From assembly GCA_965113315.1 (NCBI GenBank), contig OZ220363.1: a DNA stretch of 64,000 nucleotides; one strand, given 5' to 3'. The notes under the pieces are model-generated. The model had not been told where the DNA came from. It was given only the letters and a program-made list of their open reading frames with translations, and made no database searches. The position numbers were made by a program, and so were the translations under genes. This stretch comes from Podarcis vaucheri (lineage: Eukaryota). Below are positions 9,516 to 21,426 of this stretch, in pieces (the first letter of the stretch is position 1; the number at the start of each line of letters is the position of its first letter).

Positions 9516-12500
9516 AGATTTCTAGCTCTATTATTGTGTCTTCTGAGGAAGAAAGAACTGAGAGTTACACCAGCGGCCTACAATTATCTGATAGAGATAA
9601 AACACTTGAACTCATGCCTGAAGATCCAGTCTATTCTAGCAGTTTAGAGGTGAAAAGGGAGAAGAGCAATGTCCCAACCTTCCTCAAGCATGTGTCAAAT
9701 GTTGAAATAAGTTTAGGAGATTTAGCTAGACTTTCTGTTGTAGTTACTGGGGATCCAAAACCACAGATACAATGGTATTTCAATAGTGTTAAGCTGACAT
9801 CATCTGCAGACTATAAGTTTGTGTTTGATGATGAAAACTATAGCCTCATTATTCTCTCCACAAAATTTGACCATGAAGGGGAATATACTTGCATTGCTAG
9901 TAATATCCATGGAGAGACAGCCTGCTCTGCTTATCTGAAGGTCAATCCTAAGGGAGATGAAAGGGAACTGGAGGCAGAATTCACTGCAGAGAAGACAGGA
10001 AGTCCTCGACCTCCATATTTTGTTAGGAAGCTAGACCCTGTTCAGTGTGCACAAGGTGCTCCTGCTGTGTTTGAGTACAAAGTGGCTGGGTACCCACCTC
10101 CAGAGATTCAGTGGTTTAGGGGAAGCAACCAGATTTTCTCCTGTGCACAATACACTATCATTCATAATCGAGATGGTTCTGGGTCGCTAATGGTGAATAA
10201 TTGCCAGGGGCCCGATGGTGGCTTATACATCTGTAAGGGAATCAACCTCATAGGTGAAGCCTCTAGCAGTGCAGAACTTCATGTTCTCTTAGACGTGCCT
10301 GGGGAGGCTCCATATAAGGAACAGAAGAGTAAACAGAAAACACGCACCAAGTCATATAAAGAAACTGTAAGTGACGAGGCTACCATCTCACGGATATATG
10401 CCGTTAAACTGCCTGGTGATGATAGGCATGATGGGCAGCATGTGATGTATACAATTGGAACTGAAGATAGGCATTCACTACATAGTGAAGAGGTAGATGT
10501 TTTGCAGGTGGCTTCCTACTCAACAGCTACTGTACAGCAGGAAGCCCTTCTGACCCAACAAGTAGCCTTGCTTGAGTCTCACAAAGTTGGAGAAATTGCA
10601 GATCCATCTTCTCAGGCCAGTGAAAAGGTGGCTTCTTCAGCTTTTACCACAGGTGAGGTAAAGGAGCATCCCGGTTTCCTAGAGCAACACTCTGAACCAA
10701 TTCAAAGCCCACCAATAGTCGAATTGCCGGGTTCCTGGTGCCACCAAGTTTCTGACATCTGTTTACCTGTTGTGGAGGAAATAAACCAAGAAGACAAAGA
10801 AAAGGGGCTGCAAACCAAGCTTCCAGAAATGGTCAGGCCAACGTCAGCTATCGAGCAAACATCTCAGTTTGCCTCCATTCTGTCTGAGGAGAAATATGTG
10901 GTAAGCCCCGGTGAGTCTGCTGTATTCTCAGTCCCAGGAGCTGAGGAAGTTATTGAAACCAGTGAGCCTAAACATACAGTGTGTGTTCCTAGAGTTGAGG
11001 GCATCCAAGAATTGTCCAAGGAAAGTTCTTTGGCAGACCACACACACAAGTGGGAGAATGTCGCACCAGCTAAAGAACGAGGCAGCTTTTTTCAGTCTGT
11101 TGTAGCAGCAGAACAATGCAAGATAAGTGAAGCTCATGCTGAGGCAATTGGTTATGCTGATTCACCTGTAGAAGTTCGTCCAACCCAAGAATCATCCAAT
11201 GTATTACATGTGGCTACGATTGCCTCTGAACAGATGTTCCCCAAAGAGTCCGCCTTTGATGCAACCATTGCAGATCAGCAGAAGGGCTCGCTGGAACAGG
11301 ACAGGCTTGTCCAAACAGCTCTGGTTGCTGAAGAAAAGCAGCAGCTCTTTGATGAACACACTGAGGACCTTCCCAGGTTAGACTGCACGGTGGTAGCGGA
11401 AATCCAAAGAGAGGGTGAAAAGCCACTGCATTTGCCTGTTGTACATGGACAAGGCTCACTTCCTAGAGAAGAGCATTTTAGTTCTGAGGTCCCCCTGGAA
11501 GATGAGGCACTGTCTAGGAAAAGCCCGTGTTTGCTACACTGCTTAGTAACAGAAGAACAAGTCTCCACGTCTTGTGAAGATGCTAAGCAGTTTCCTCCTC
11601 TGGCAGAGGCAGTTAACATTCAGGTCACCCAGGAGCCCATTTCTGTGTTGCATCTCCAAACGAGCCAAACTGAGCAAGTGTTGCCTAAGGAAGGCATCTT
11701 GGCTGTACAAGAACCCGAACCCCAAAATGCTTTGCAGAAAGCTGAAATAATGCTCAAACGTGCTGTGGCGTCTGAGGAAAAAAACCAGATAGCTGCCGAG
11801 GCCCTAGAGGCCTTTCAGAGTGGCATTGCTGGAGAATACCCTGTGGCTATAGCAGAGCCTCAGCTTCGTAAGTGTCTGACCACTGTGGCTGAGGAGATGC
11901 TTCTGCCCAAAGAGGAAATCCTCCCCGAAGCAGGAAAAGAGCAGAAAGCTACCCTGAGGAAGGAAGACTTTCAAACAGTGATGCAGGTATCTGATGTGAC
12001 TGAAGAGAGGGTCTTGGATGTAGGACATGCTGAGCCATTTGAGGCTGTTCAGGCCATGAGTTGTGAGGTGATGTCTGAGCCCAGGTTGCCTTCAGAATCC
12101 ACCTGCGTTGAGGAGCAAGGTGTTCCGATAGAGAGCATCGATCTCTTGGAAGCCACAGAGCAAGAATTTGCAGCCCGCATCCAAGAAGGTCAGTCAGTCA
12201 GGCTCCCATTGTCATTGGAGGAAAAACAGCCATTAAAGGAAGAACACTTGGACAAGATCGCAAGGCCAGATGCTGAGAACGTAAAGGCCGAGAAGCAACT
12301 GGGGCTGCTTATGGATGTGCCTGAAACATGGGAAAACAAAGTGCTTCGGAAAGAAGAAGAACTTGCAGCTGAGACTCCAGTATGTTGTAGCTTAGATACG
12401 AAGGCTCAGATCAGAAGGGCCCTGAAAGTAGCTCTGACAAATGAACAGCACTTATTTCCATTGGATGCTTTCGATGATATTGAGAGCGTTCAATTAAAAA

Positions 12501-13376
12501 CTGTAACAGTGATCAAAGAACCTAAACATGCAACATGCACTTGCCTTATAATCTTGGAAAGTTCCAATACTGCAGAAATAACTCTCTCTCTAGATGGAAT
12601 ATATTCTCAGACAGCTGATTTCAAAAGCGAATTGCAAGCTGCTGTTCATTCCATTATTTTTGACGAGAAACATGTTCTGACAGCAGAGGAACCCAGTGCC
12701 ATAGCAGAACCTAAACACCACCAGTTGCTTGCTTCTTCACCTTCCAAACTAATGCAGTCTGCTACTGTAACTGATACACCTGTTCAGGAACAATCTGTCA
12801 GTAATATTATTGGCTCACCTGAGCTACATCATGCTTACCTGAGTACTGAATCAGAAATACAGGAGGAGCAACTTGTGTCTATTCAAGAAGTCCAAACTAT
12901 TGCTCTCAGTGAGCACATTAAAGATGTAGGTACAACCACACTCACCCTTGATATTCCTGTAGCAGCAGCCCCAGTTGAGAGGTTAATAGATGCTCTAAAA
13001 GTGAAAGAGAGAAAGGAAGAACTTTTTGAGGAAAATGAAGAGGAGGCACATGTAGTTAAGGGTAGCAAACGAGAAGACAGTCTGGTGAGCAGGGATTGTC
13101 CCATCATGCGCCAAAGTTTTATAGACACTGTTGTTGAAGAAGGTGACAGCGTAAGTCTTACTTCCATTATAGAAAATGTTAAAGTGGTGAATTGGTATTT
13201 TGGGGATAAGCTGGTATCTTCAGGAAATGAGTTCAAGTGCTTGCAAGACCATGACACATATACACTAGTAATCAACCAAGCATTCAAGGAAGTGCATCAA
13301 GGAGAATACATCTGTGAGGCTCTGAATGAAGGTGGAAAAACAACAGCAGCCGCGAAACTCACAGTTGTAAAAAGAG
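9516..13376 (+). CDS. TTN: Titin N2B exon (human exon 49 equivalent): I24, I25, N2B unique sequence, I26
   Basis: tacag acceptor 9511-9515, donor GTTG at 13377, 3861 nt phase 1-1; two N-terminal Igs, long E-rich insert, C-terminal Ig ending KLTVVKR. Confidence 0.93.
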
Positions 13377-14275
13377 GTTGGAATATGGGGATAAAATATT
13401 GCTTTCCTATTTTCACTCATTTGCTAACTGAATAGAACACACATATACATATTTGTATCTCTAGTAGCATTTTGGATACAGATATAAAATGTATATAAAC
13501 TTCAGCTGTGCATCACCAAACTAATCACAGATCCTCCACTTTTTGTTTCCTCTTTAGAACTTTTATTTCTTTAAATATATTTCTTATTCACATCTTTTAT
13601 TTGCATTTTGCACTTTTTGGTACTGAAACAAAATTAACTTTTGTTTCATGAATGATGATTGTTAAATAAAACTATTTGTAATTTCAGTGTTTTTTTAAAG
13701 GGTGCATGTCTTAGGAGCACTTTCATCCCCATATCCACAGAGCAACTTGGTTCACTTTTCCTTTTCATTGCTACAATAAAGATGCAATCCTAAACACGCT
13801 TACTAGGGAGGAAGCCCCACTGAGCACAATGAGACTTGCTTCTGAGTAGACGTGCCAAGAGATTGCACAGCACGTTGTAGAAGTCATTGCACCATTCTAG
13901 CATAATGTCACACATTTCATGTTGAAAATGTTCTGCTACAACCTGATATAATTTCATATATCATGTTGTTTGCATGCCTTTAAAAGTAAGTAGCACATCA
14001 GGGTATCTTCAGAGTTCCATTATGCACTGCAATGTATGTAGCCCTCTGGTAGACTGAGCACTGCTTTTGGTTTGCTTTCACCTCTGACAACCATTTTTCT
14101 TTACAGCCACTTTCCTTGGATAGCTCATGAAACCACACATCTCATTTCTGTGGGTCACTTTATTAACAGTGCTTTGGAATGTACACTTATAAGCACCATA
14201 CATGCTATTAGTATTACCATATCCACATGAACGTGGATGGTTGTAACCACATTATTCTTTCACTTTTAACTTCAG

Positions 14276-14554
14276 TTGGACCCATACTGAGGAGAAGGCT
14301 GGAATCCCAAGAAGTCGCTGTGAACCACCTTGCCAAGTTCACCTGCGAGATTGAGATGGCGCCAGACGTACGGTTTCAATGGTACAGAGCCGGTCGGGAA
14401 ATCTATGATGGCGACAAGTATACCATACACACCGCTAATTATACATCCACTCTTCAAATCCCGAGACCGCAAGTAGTTGACTGTGGCGAATACAGCTGCA
14501 AAGCTTCCAATAAGTATGGCAGCGTAAGCAGCAAAGCAACCTTAACGGTAACTG
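14276..14554 (+). CDS. TTN: Titin Ig exon (I27, exon 50 eq.)
   Basis: AG/GT, 279 nt, I-set motifs. Confidence 0.93.
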
Positions 14555-15412
14555 GTAAGTGCGAAACATGAACCCTGTGCTGCTTCCTTGTTAGGTAACT
14601 GAATGTGTTCACCATTAGTATGTGGTAAAATGCATCTAGGGCCAATAACAGACTAAGGATTTCCATTTTTGTGCATATAGATATAGAAGAAAATACCAGG
14701 TATTTGGCCCCCAGGTTCAACGTACATATCCAGGAGCAAAAAATATATTTCCATCGGAAACTGAGTCAAAGAACAGAACTTAGGATATGGTCAAATTACC
14801 CATTTGTAATTATTGTATATTATTTCGGAACTCTTTTAAGCATGGAGGAAAACTTACGAATAATAAAGGGAATACTCTAGTTCATTTCAGATGTGCACCA
14901 TTTGGTACAAGCACACACACCACAGGCACCTCTCTCTAGTGATGGAAGAACTGCAGTTGGCGAAGGAGATTGTAGGCAAGAACTTCCACACTTAAAGCAT
15001 TTCCCACTGGGGTCGGGAGGAGAGAAGAATTCAGCAAGGGCATGGATTGTGCCCAGAGGCATTTGAAATGTTTTTTGGTTCCGTCATATTCACCCATAAT
15101 CATTCTCTCTTAAATGTCTTAAGCTTCTCAAAAAGACTATAGTACTAACTGAGTCATCTGATCATGATTTTGCTGGGATGCAGTTCATTTTATTTACTCT
15201 TTGAGACCCATGCTTACAGAAGTAGTGGGTGATGGGAGCCATCCTGAAGTGAATAAAGGATACATAATGCCATCGCTCGTTTAAAAAGTTCTCCCTAGGC
15301 CTTTTTATTACTATAATAATTGCCTATACCTTTCATCTTACTGGAATCTGTATTGCTGGTTAATTCATGACATGCACTTCATATCGTCACATGTAAACCT
15401 AATTTCATGACT

Positions 15413-15492
15413 AAATAACTCTTGCTAGATGGCTTTTAAAACTGCTCTTTTAGATAACAAATAACTCTTGCTAGATGGCTTTTAAAACTGCT
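15413..15492. repeat. 34-bp direct duplication (period 46)
   Basis: aaataactcttgctagatggcttttaaaactgct at 15413-15446 and 15459-15492. Confidence 0.95.
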
Positions 15493-15677
15493 AGATCATC
15501 CTAATGATTTACTGGATATATTGAGTCTTGGGAATCTTTACTGCACATTATTTCTAGGCAATTTAATGCGTGTATATGGAGACAGCGCTTCTGTCTCCTT
15601 TCTTTGGTGCTGGGGTGTGGGGGAAAGGTTGCTGTATTGGCCAAGTCCATGTCAACTTTCCCCCCTTTCTTTTGCAG

Positions 15678-16241
15678 AAGCATTTCCTCCAACCTTTCTA
15701 ACCAGACCCGAATCTATTACTACTTTTGTGGGTAAGAGTGCCAGGTTCCTCTGCACAGTGGCAGGCACCCCTGTAATCGACACAGTGTGGCAGAAGGATG
15801 GTGCCGCCATTTCTTCCACAGAACATTGCAAGATTTCAGCTTCTGAGAATAAACACAGTTTAGAGATTCCACGCCTCACAGTAAATGACAGGGGGGTTTA
15901 TACCTGCAAAGCCTCAAACAAATTTGGAGCAGACATCTGCCAGGCAGAAATAGCTGTCATTGATAAACCACGATTCGTCAAGGAACTGCAGTCTGTTCAG
16001 TCCGCAGTCAATAAGAAGATACATCTTGAATGCCAAGTGGATGAAGACAGGAAAGTCACAGTATCCTGGAGCAAGGATGGAACCCGAATACCTCCAGGCA
16101 AAGATTACAAGATTTGCTTTGAAGACAAGATAGCATCACTTGATATCCCTCTGTCTAAACTTAAAGATTCAGGAACATATGCATGCACTGCTGCAAATGA
16201 GGCTGGAAGTAGCTCTTCTTCAGCCACTGTAACAATCAGAG
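15678..16241 (+). CDS. TTN: Titin double-Ig exon (I28-I29, exon 51 eq.)
   Basis: AG/GT, 564 nt, two I-set domains. Confidence 0.93.
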
Positions 16242-16287
16242 GTAAGGAAATTGTCGGCCTGCTAAACTTGGTGCCATTTATGTCTTC

Positions 16288-16500
16288 TTATTTATAGTAG
16301 TTGTGCTTCAAAGAGGAGCTGCCAGAGTTGTGCCGCAGGTTGAAGTGGGCCCCAGCCACACCCCCACAGCGCCCTGATTGGCCGCCTGGCAAATGGCGTG
16401 GCCGGGTCACCCTCAACATGACGCAGGACGCTATCCTGCACCACGCTGAGGCAGGGGTGGGGCCTGGTGGCCTGAGCGTAACCCGGTCCCACGCGGAACC
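16288..16500. promoter_or_regulatory. GC/CpG-rich intronic enhancer/promoter-like cluster
   Basis: MEF2 consensus TTATTTATAG 16288, CCACACCC 16356, CCAAT box ctgattggcc 16374, E-box caaatg 16390, TGACGCA 16419, GC/GT box 16454. Confidence 0.4.
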
Positions 16501-16925
16501 GATTTGTTAGTTCCAAATAATGAAGAAGTGAGAGGTAACATTAATTGAGAAGGAAAAAGCTAATCATAGCACATTTCTCCAAGTGTGGTGTGGTGTTTCT
16601 TTGTAAAAAGAAAAGCTACAATCTTTTTCACTCGTCTTTGTGTCTTTACTAAAGCTTATTGTCTGATTTCCTTAAATGTGCAAACTTTATTCCAGTGTTG
16701 ACTAAAACTGTCGTTTATTTATTTTTCCGTCCTAGGTGATTCTTTAGAGAAGTTCTGGTTTACCATGATAAAAGGCAGAATTAAGAACATTGGCGGGAAT
16801 TGGAGTTTTGTCCTGGATAGATATCTGCATGCTTCTCAAAAGCTTATCTTTGTAATCGTCCTATCAAATCGATCTTCTTAAGGTGTTATATTTCAGGCTT
16901 CTTTCTTTCTGAACTTTTCTTCTAG

Positions 16926-17207
16926 AGCCACCATCATTCCTGAAGAAAGTGGACCCCTCTTACTTGTTGACTCCTGGAGAGTCAGCACACCTTCAGTGCA
17001 AAATCAAAGGGTCTCCTGAGATCCAGGTGACATGGTACAAAAATAACAAAGAAATTAGAGAGAGCGACACACAGAGGATGTCTTTTGCCAATAACGTGGC
17101 TGTGCTAGATATTACCAATGTGAAAGTTGATGACAGTGGAAGTTACTCGTGCGAAGCAGCTAATGATGCTGGCAGTGACAGCTGTAGTACTGAGATTGTT
17201 GTCAAAG
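16926..17207 (+). CDS. TTN: Titin Ig exon (I30)
   Basis: AG/GT, 282 nt. Confidence 0.93.
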
Positions 17208-17311
17208 GTTTGTTCTTAAACCCAGGGGTGCTTTCTTTTCAAGGTGCTCTGTTCTGCTGCAAGTGTACTATCGGTCACTAACTCTTTATTCATGCTTTGA
17301 TGATTTTATAG

Positions 17312-17590
17312 AGCCTCCTACTTTCATCAAAACTCTTGAGCCGGGCGACATAGTGAGAGGAATGAATGCCACTCTTCACTGTGAGGTTTCTGGTACTGGA
17401 CCATTTGAAATCAGTTGGTTTAAAGACAGGAAACAAATTCGCAGTAGTAAAAAATACAGATTGACTTCCCAAAAGTCTCTTATCTCTCTGGAGATTTCTT
17501 CATTTAATAGTGCAGATGTTGGTGAATACGAATGTTCCATAGCGAATGAAGTTGGAAAATGTGTTTGCAGTGCAACATATATACTGAAAG
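17312..17590 (+). CDS. TTN: Titin Ig exon (I31)
   Basis: AG/GT, 279 nt. Confidence 0.93.
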
Positions 17591-19068
17591 GTTAGTGAGC
17601 AAGTGAACAAACAAAACCTATTTTTAACATGTGCAAAAGGAGAAAATAACTCTTTCGTGGAAACCAATTTTTCTTTTTTAGTTGTCTCCTTTCCTTTCCT
17701 TCTCTTTCTGTTGCATCTTGGAATCTTTTCTTATATTCTTGAACGCAGGAATAAAGGCAGAGAACAGATTTCATTGAGCTTAATTCCCAAGCAACAGGCT
17801 GTTTTACACATGTTTAGGTGTGGGAGAGAAAGTCAATTCAGTTCTCTTTTAAAGGTGACCTTACCTTTCAAAAGAATATGCGGACCAGAACACCGCCATC
17901 CTTTAAAATTCACAATTCTTTGAATTTTGCAATGCGGTGTTCCAGCTGGGAAATGAAAAATAGTTTTGGGAAATAGTGAATATTGGGCAAAACAGCATTA
18001 AAAATGTGTGTGGTAGAAGAAATTCACACTAAAATGCTGATAAACTTTCACGAGGACTTTTAAAAACTGCAATCTGATGTGGAAATGTGAAGACTCAATT
18101 TAAGACTTTTAAAAAAGAGGAACTGATAGGTTTCCCATCCCTACACATGATATGTAAAGAATTTATTGCTTTTGTCAGCTTGTGAAACAAATGTAGAACC
18201 TACCCAAGTCAGAATTCTAATTTGCAATGCTAATGCATCTTTTCATCTCCCATCTCCCACATTATCAGTACTCAAAGTTCCACCAAGTAATGAAAGAGGA
18301 GCCCAAAGGCAATGTAAAAAAAATGCTCTTAGCATTCCCACACACTTACTTAAGAGTAAGCCTTGCTGAACTCAATGTGACTTACCACTGAGTAGGCACG
18401 CCTATGATTGGTCTGTTAGCCTTTCCTTTGATAAGTATAATGTCATGTAAATCAGAGGGATTCCAACATAAAGCATAGCCAAAAGGCAAAATCTCTACTC
18501 CAGACATCCTTCTGAGAAGCAAGCTTTGGTACACAGTAAAAGAATTCCTCTTTTACTCTTCCTAGTCCTCTCATTTACACCAGTAGTGGGGAACCTGTGG
18601 TCCTTCAAGTGTTGCTGAACTACAATTCCCATCAGCCCTAGTCAGCATGGCCAATTTGTAGTTCATCAACATCTGGAGGACCAAAGGTTCTCCACTCCTG
18701 GTTTACAACAATGATGGAGAACCTGTAGCCCTCCAGATGTTGTTGGACCCCATAATTCCTGACCATTGGCTAATGGGGTGGGAGTTGGAGTACAATACCT
18801 AGAGTGCCACAGGTTCCTCACCTCTACTTCACCTGGATTAATTTTCCTGCTGTCAAATGGAAGACATTTACTTATAATGGTCCCTCTGTCTCCAGATTGA
18901 AATGGTAAATTTCCCCCTAACATTCAGACGTAGAAATCCATAAAAGACGTTGCCATTGTATCCAGAAGGCAATTTATTTTCTTTAAAAAGCCTTAAATGC
19001 AGCACCAAGCACCATATGATGCAATGATAGATAAGGGTTTTTCTTCCTTTCTTTCTTTTTCAAATTAG

Positions 19069-19347
19069 AACCTCCCTCTTTCATTAAGAAAATTGAAGAT
19101 GTTACTGCACTCGCTGGGGATGAAGTTTTCTTACAGGCAGCTGTGAGAGGCTCAGCTCCTATTTCTGTCACTTGGATGAAGGGGAAAGATATTATTAAAG
19201 AAGATAACAAAGTCAAAGTGACCTTTGAAAATGGCATTGCAACTTTGCAAATCACAGATGTCCAGATTAGTTCTGGTGGTAAATATACATGTCTGGCTGA
19301 GAATGATGCAGGAAGCCAAACATGTTTTGGAGAATTAGCAGTTAAAG
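19069..19347 (+). CDS. TTN: Titin Ig exon (I32)
   Basis: AG/GT, 279 nt. Confidence 0.93.
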
Positions 19348-19442
19348 GTCAGTGTAGGAGCACTTTAAGATCACACAATTCTTATACACAGGCATATTGT
19401 TTGCATTAGGTCTATAATGACCACTGTTTAATTCTGTTATAG

Positions 19443-19721
19443 AGCCTGCTACCATTGTTGAGAGAGCTGAATTCATTCAGGTGACGGCAGGGGACCCAGC
19501 AACTCTGGAATACACTGTTGCAGGCACTCCAGAGCTCAAAACGAAATGGTTCAAAGACGGAAAGCCTCTGGCTTCTAACAAAAAGTATAGAATCAGTTTT
19601 AAGAACAATGTTGCTCAGTTGAAATTCTACACCGCCGAATTGCACGATACTGGCGAAATCACCTTTGAAGTTTCAAACGATGTTGGACGCAGTTCGTGCA
19701 CCACCTCATTTACTGTGTTAG
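19443..19721 (+). CDS. TTN: Titin Ig exon (I33)
   Basis: AG/GT, 279 nt. Confidence 0.93.
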
Positions 19722-19853
19722 GTTGGTAATCCAGTAGCGCTTATGCGATTTAGATGGTAGAACAATTAGAAGGCGGGAGGTGGGAGGGGACACTCCTAAA
19801 ACACTCTTTTTGATATATATTGGTTTTCTTTTCTTTGCTGTGCCTTGGAACAG

Positions 19854-20141
19854 ATCGCACCCTTCCTCCGTTCTTTACCAAACCTCTGCGGAACGTCGAT
19901 AGCGCGGTTGGTGGCTCCTGCCACTTTGACTGCAAAGTATCAGGTTCTCTTCCAATAAAAGTGTCTTGGTTTAAGCATGACAAAGAGATCACTGCCAGCG
20001 CCAAGTATGCAATACGCTACGAAGAAGGTTCAGCGTCTTTGGACATCAAACACCTGGATACCAATGACGCAGGAGTGTATTCCTGCAGAGCTACTAACTC
20101 TGCAGGGGGCAAGGAAAGCCATGGAACTTTAACGATAAAAG
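19854..20141 (+). CDS. TTN: Titin Ig exon (I34)
   Basis: AG/GT, 288 nt. Confidence 0.93.
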
Positions 20142-20274
20142 GTTTGACATCTTCTTTTGCATTCTCTTCTCAGTATCTCTTTTAACCGTTCTTTCCCCAC
20201 CTCCTTTTTAACTCCTCACTACATTAAGTTGCACTACTGATTCTTTCCAACTCTTTCTTTCAAACAATGTGTAG

Positions 20275-20553
20275 AGCCACCTAGCTTCATGACAGAGCCA
20301 GAGTCTCAAGAAATATCTCCCGGGTCAACAGTGCGTTTGAAGAGTACATTTAAGGGAACAGCGCCACTCTCTGTGCAATGGTTTAAGGGTGATGCTGAGC
20401 TAACAACTGGCGGAGCTTGTTACATCATGACAGAAGCTTTGTCGAGTTACTTGGAGCTTTACGCTGTGAAACCTGCTGATTCAGGCGCCTATTCTTGCAA
20501 AGTCAGCAACGCGGCTGGTTCAGCCTCATGCAGTGCAAACTTGTTTGTCCAAG
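20275..20553 (+). CDS. TTN: Titin Ig exon (I35)
   Basis: AG/GT, 279 nt. Confidence 0.93.
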
Positions 20554-20668
20554 GTTTGCACAACTCTTTCTCTTATGATGATATGCTTGGGTGGCGATTT
20601 GAGGTGCCTCTTATTTTTCCTTAACCTCTTTCTACAACTCTTCTTAATAACATTCTTTAATTCCACAG

Positions 20669-20950
20669 AACCTGCTACTTTCGTGGAAAGACTTGAGCCG
20701 TCACAGTTGATTAAGAAAGGAGAATACGCCCAATTAGAATGTAAAGTTACAGGCACGCCTGAAATTAAAATCTCTTGGTTCAAGGATGACAGGGAAATTA
20801 AAGACAGTGCCAAACACAAGATGACTTTGGTGGGCTCCACAGCAGTCCTCAGACTCCTGGATGTCACTCTTGAAGACTGTGGTGAATATACATGTGAGGC
20901 AAAAAATAATGCTGGGAAAGATACCTGCAGTAGTGTCGTGGTTGTAAAAG
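20669..20950 (+). CDS. TTN: Titin Ig exon (I36)
   Basis: AG/GT, 282 nt. Confidence 0.93.
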
Positions 20951-21062
20951 GTGTGTGCAAAAGTACCCCTCCACTCAATTTTCTCAGCAAGTCTTTCAAG
21001 CCTTTTAAAGGTCCCAGAACCAATTAACAACCCTCACTCTTTCTTTCTGTCTTGTGCTATAG

Positions 21063-21341
21063 AGTCCCCTTACTTTGTCAAGGAATTTGAACCAAGGGAA
21101 GTGTTAAAAGACTCAGATGTGATACTGGAATGTGAGGTCTTAGGTACCCCTCCATTTGAGGTCTATTGGTTAAAGGACAACAAACCTGTGAGGAGCAGTA
21201 GAAAGCACAGAATAAGCATTGAGAATTCCTTGATTAGCCTCCAGGTTTTCAAGTTTGACTCTTCAGATGCAGGAGAATACCAGTGCAGGGTAACAAACGA
21301 TGTAGGAAGCTGTGTCTGTAGCTCTGAGTTGGCTCTGAAAG
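21063..21341 (+). CDS. TTN: Titin Ig exon (I37)
   Basis: AG/GT, 279 nt. Confidence 0.93.
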
Positions 21342-21426
21342 GTCAGTACCGCCTGGAAAATATAATAATTTAATTCTGATGTTTAGTTGAGGCTAATACT
21401 CACCAAGGCATTTATTCTTTCAATAG

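Noticed and set aside
16371-16395. Long-range RNA helix between the 16.3-kb and 63.3-kb GC-rich blocks
   Set aside because: The two complementary 10-mers occur in the wrong order for one antiparallel helix; shared transcription-factor sites are a simpler explanation
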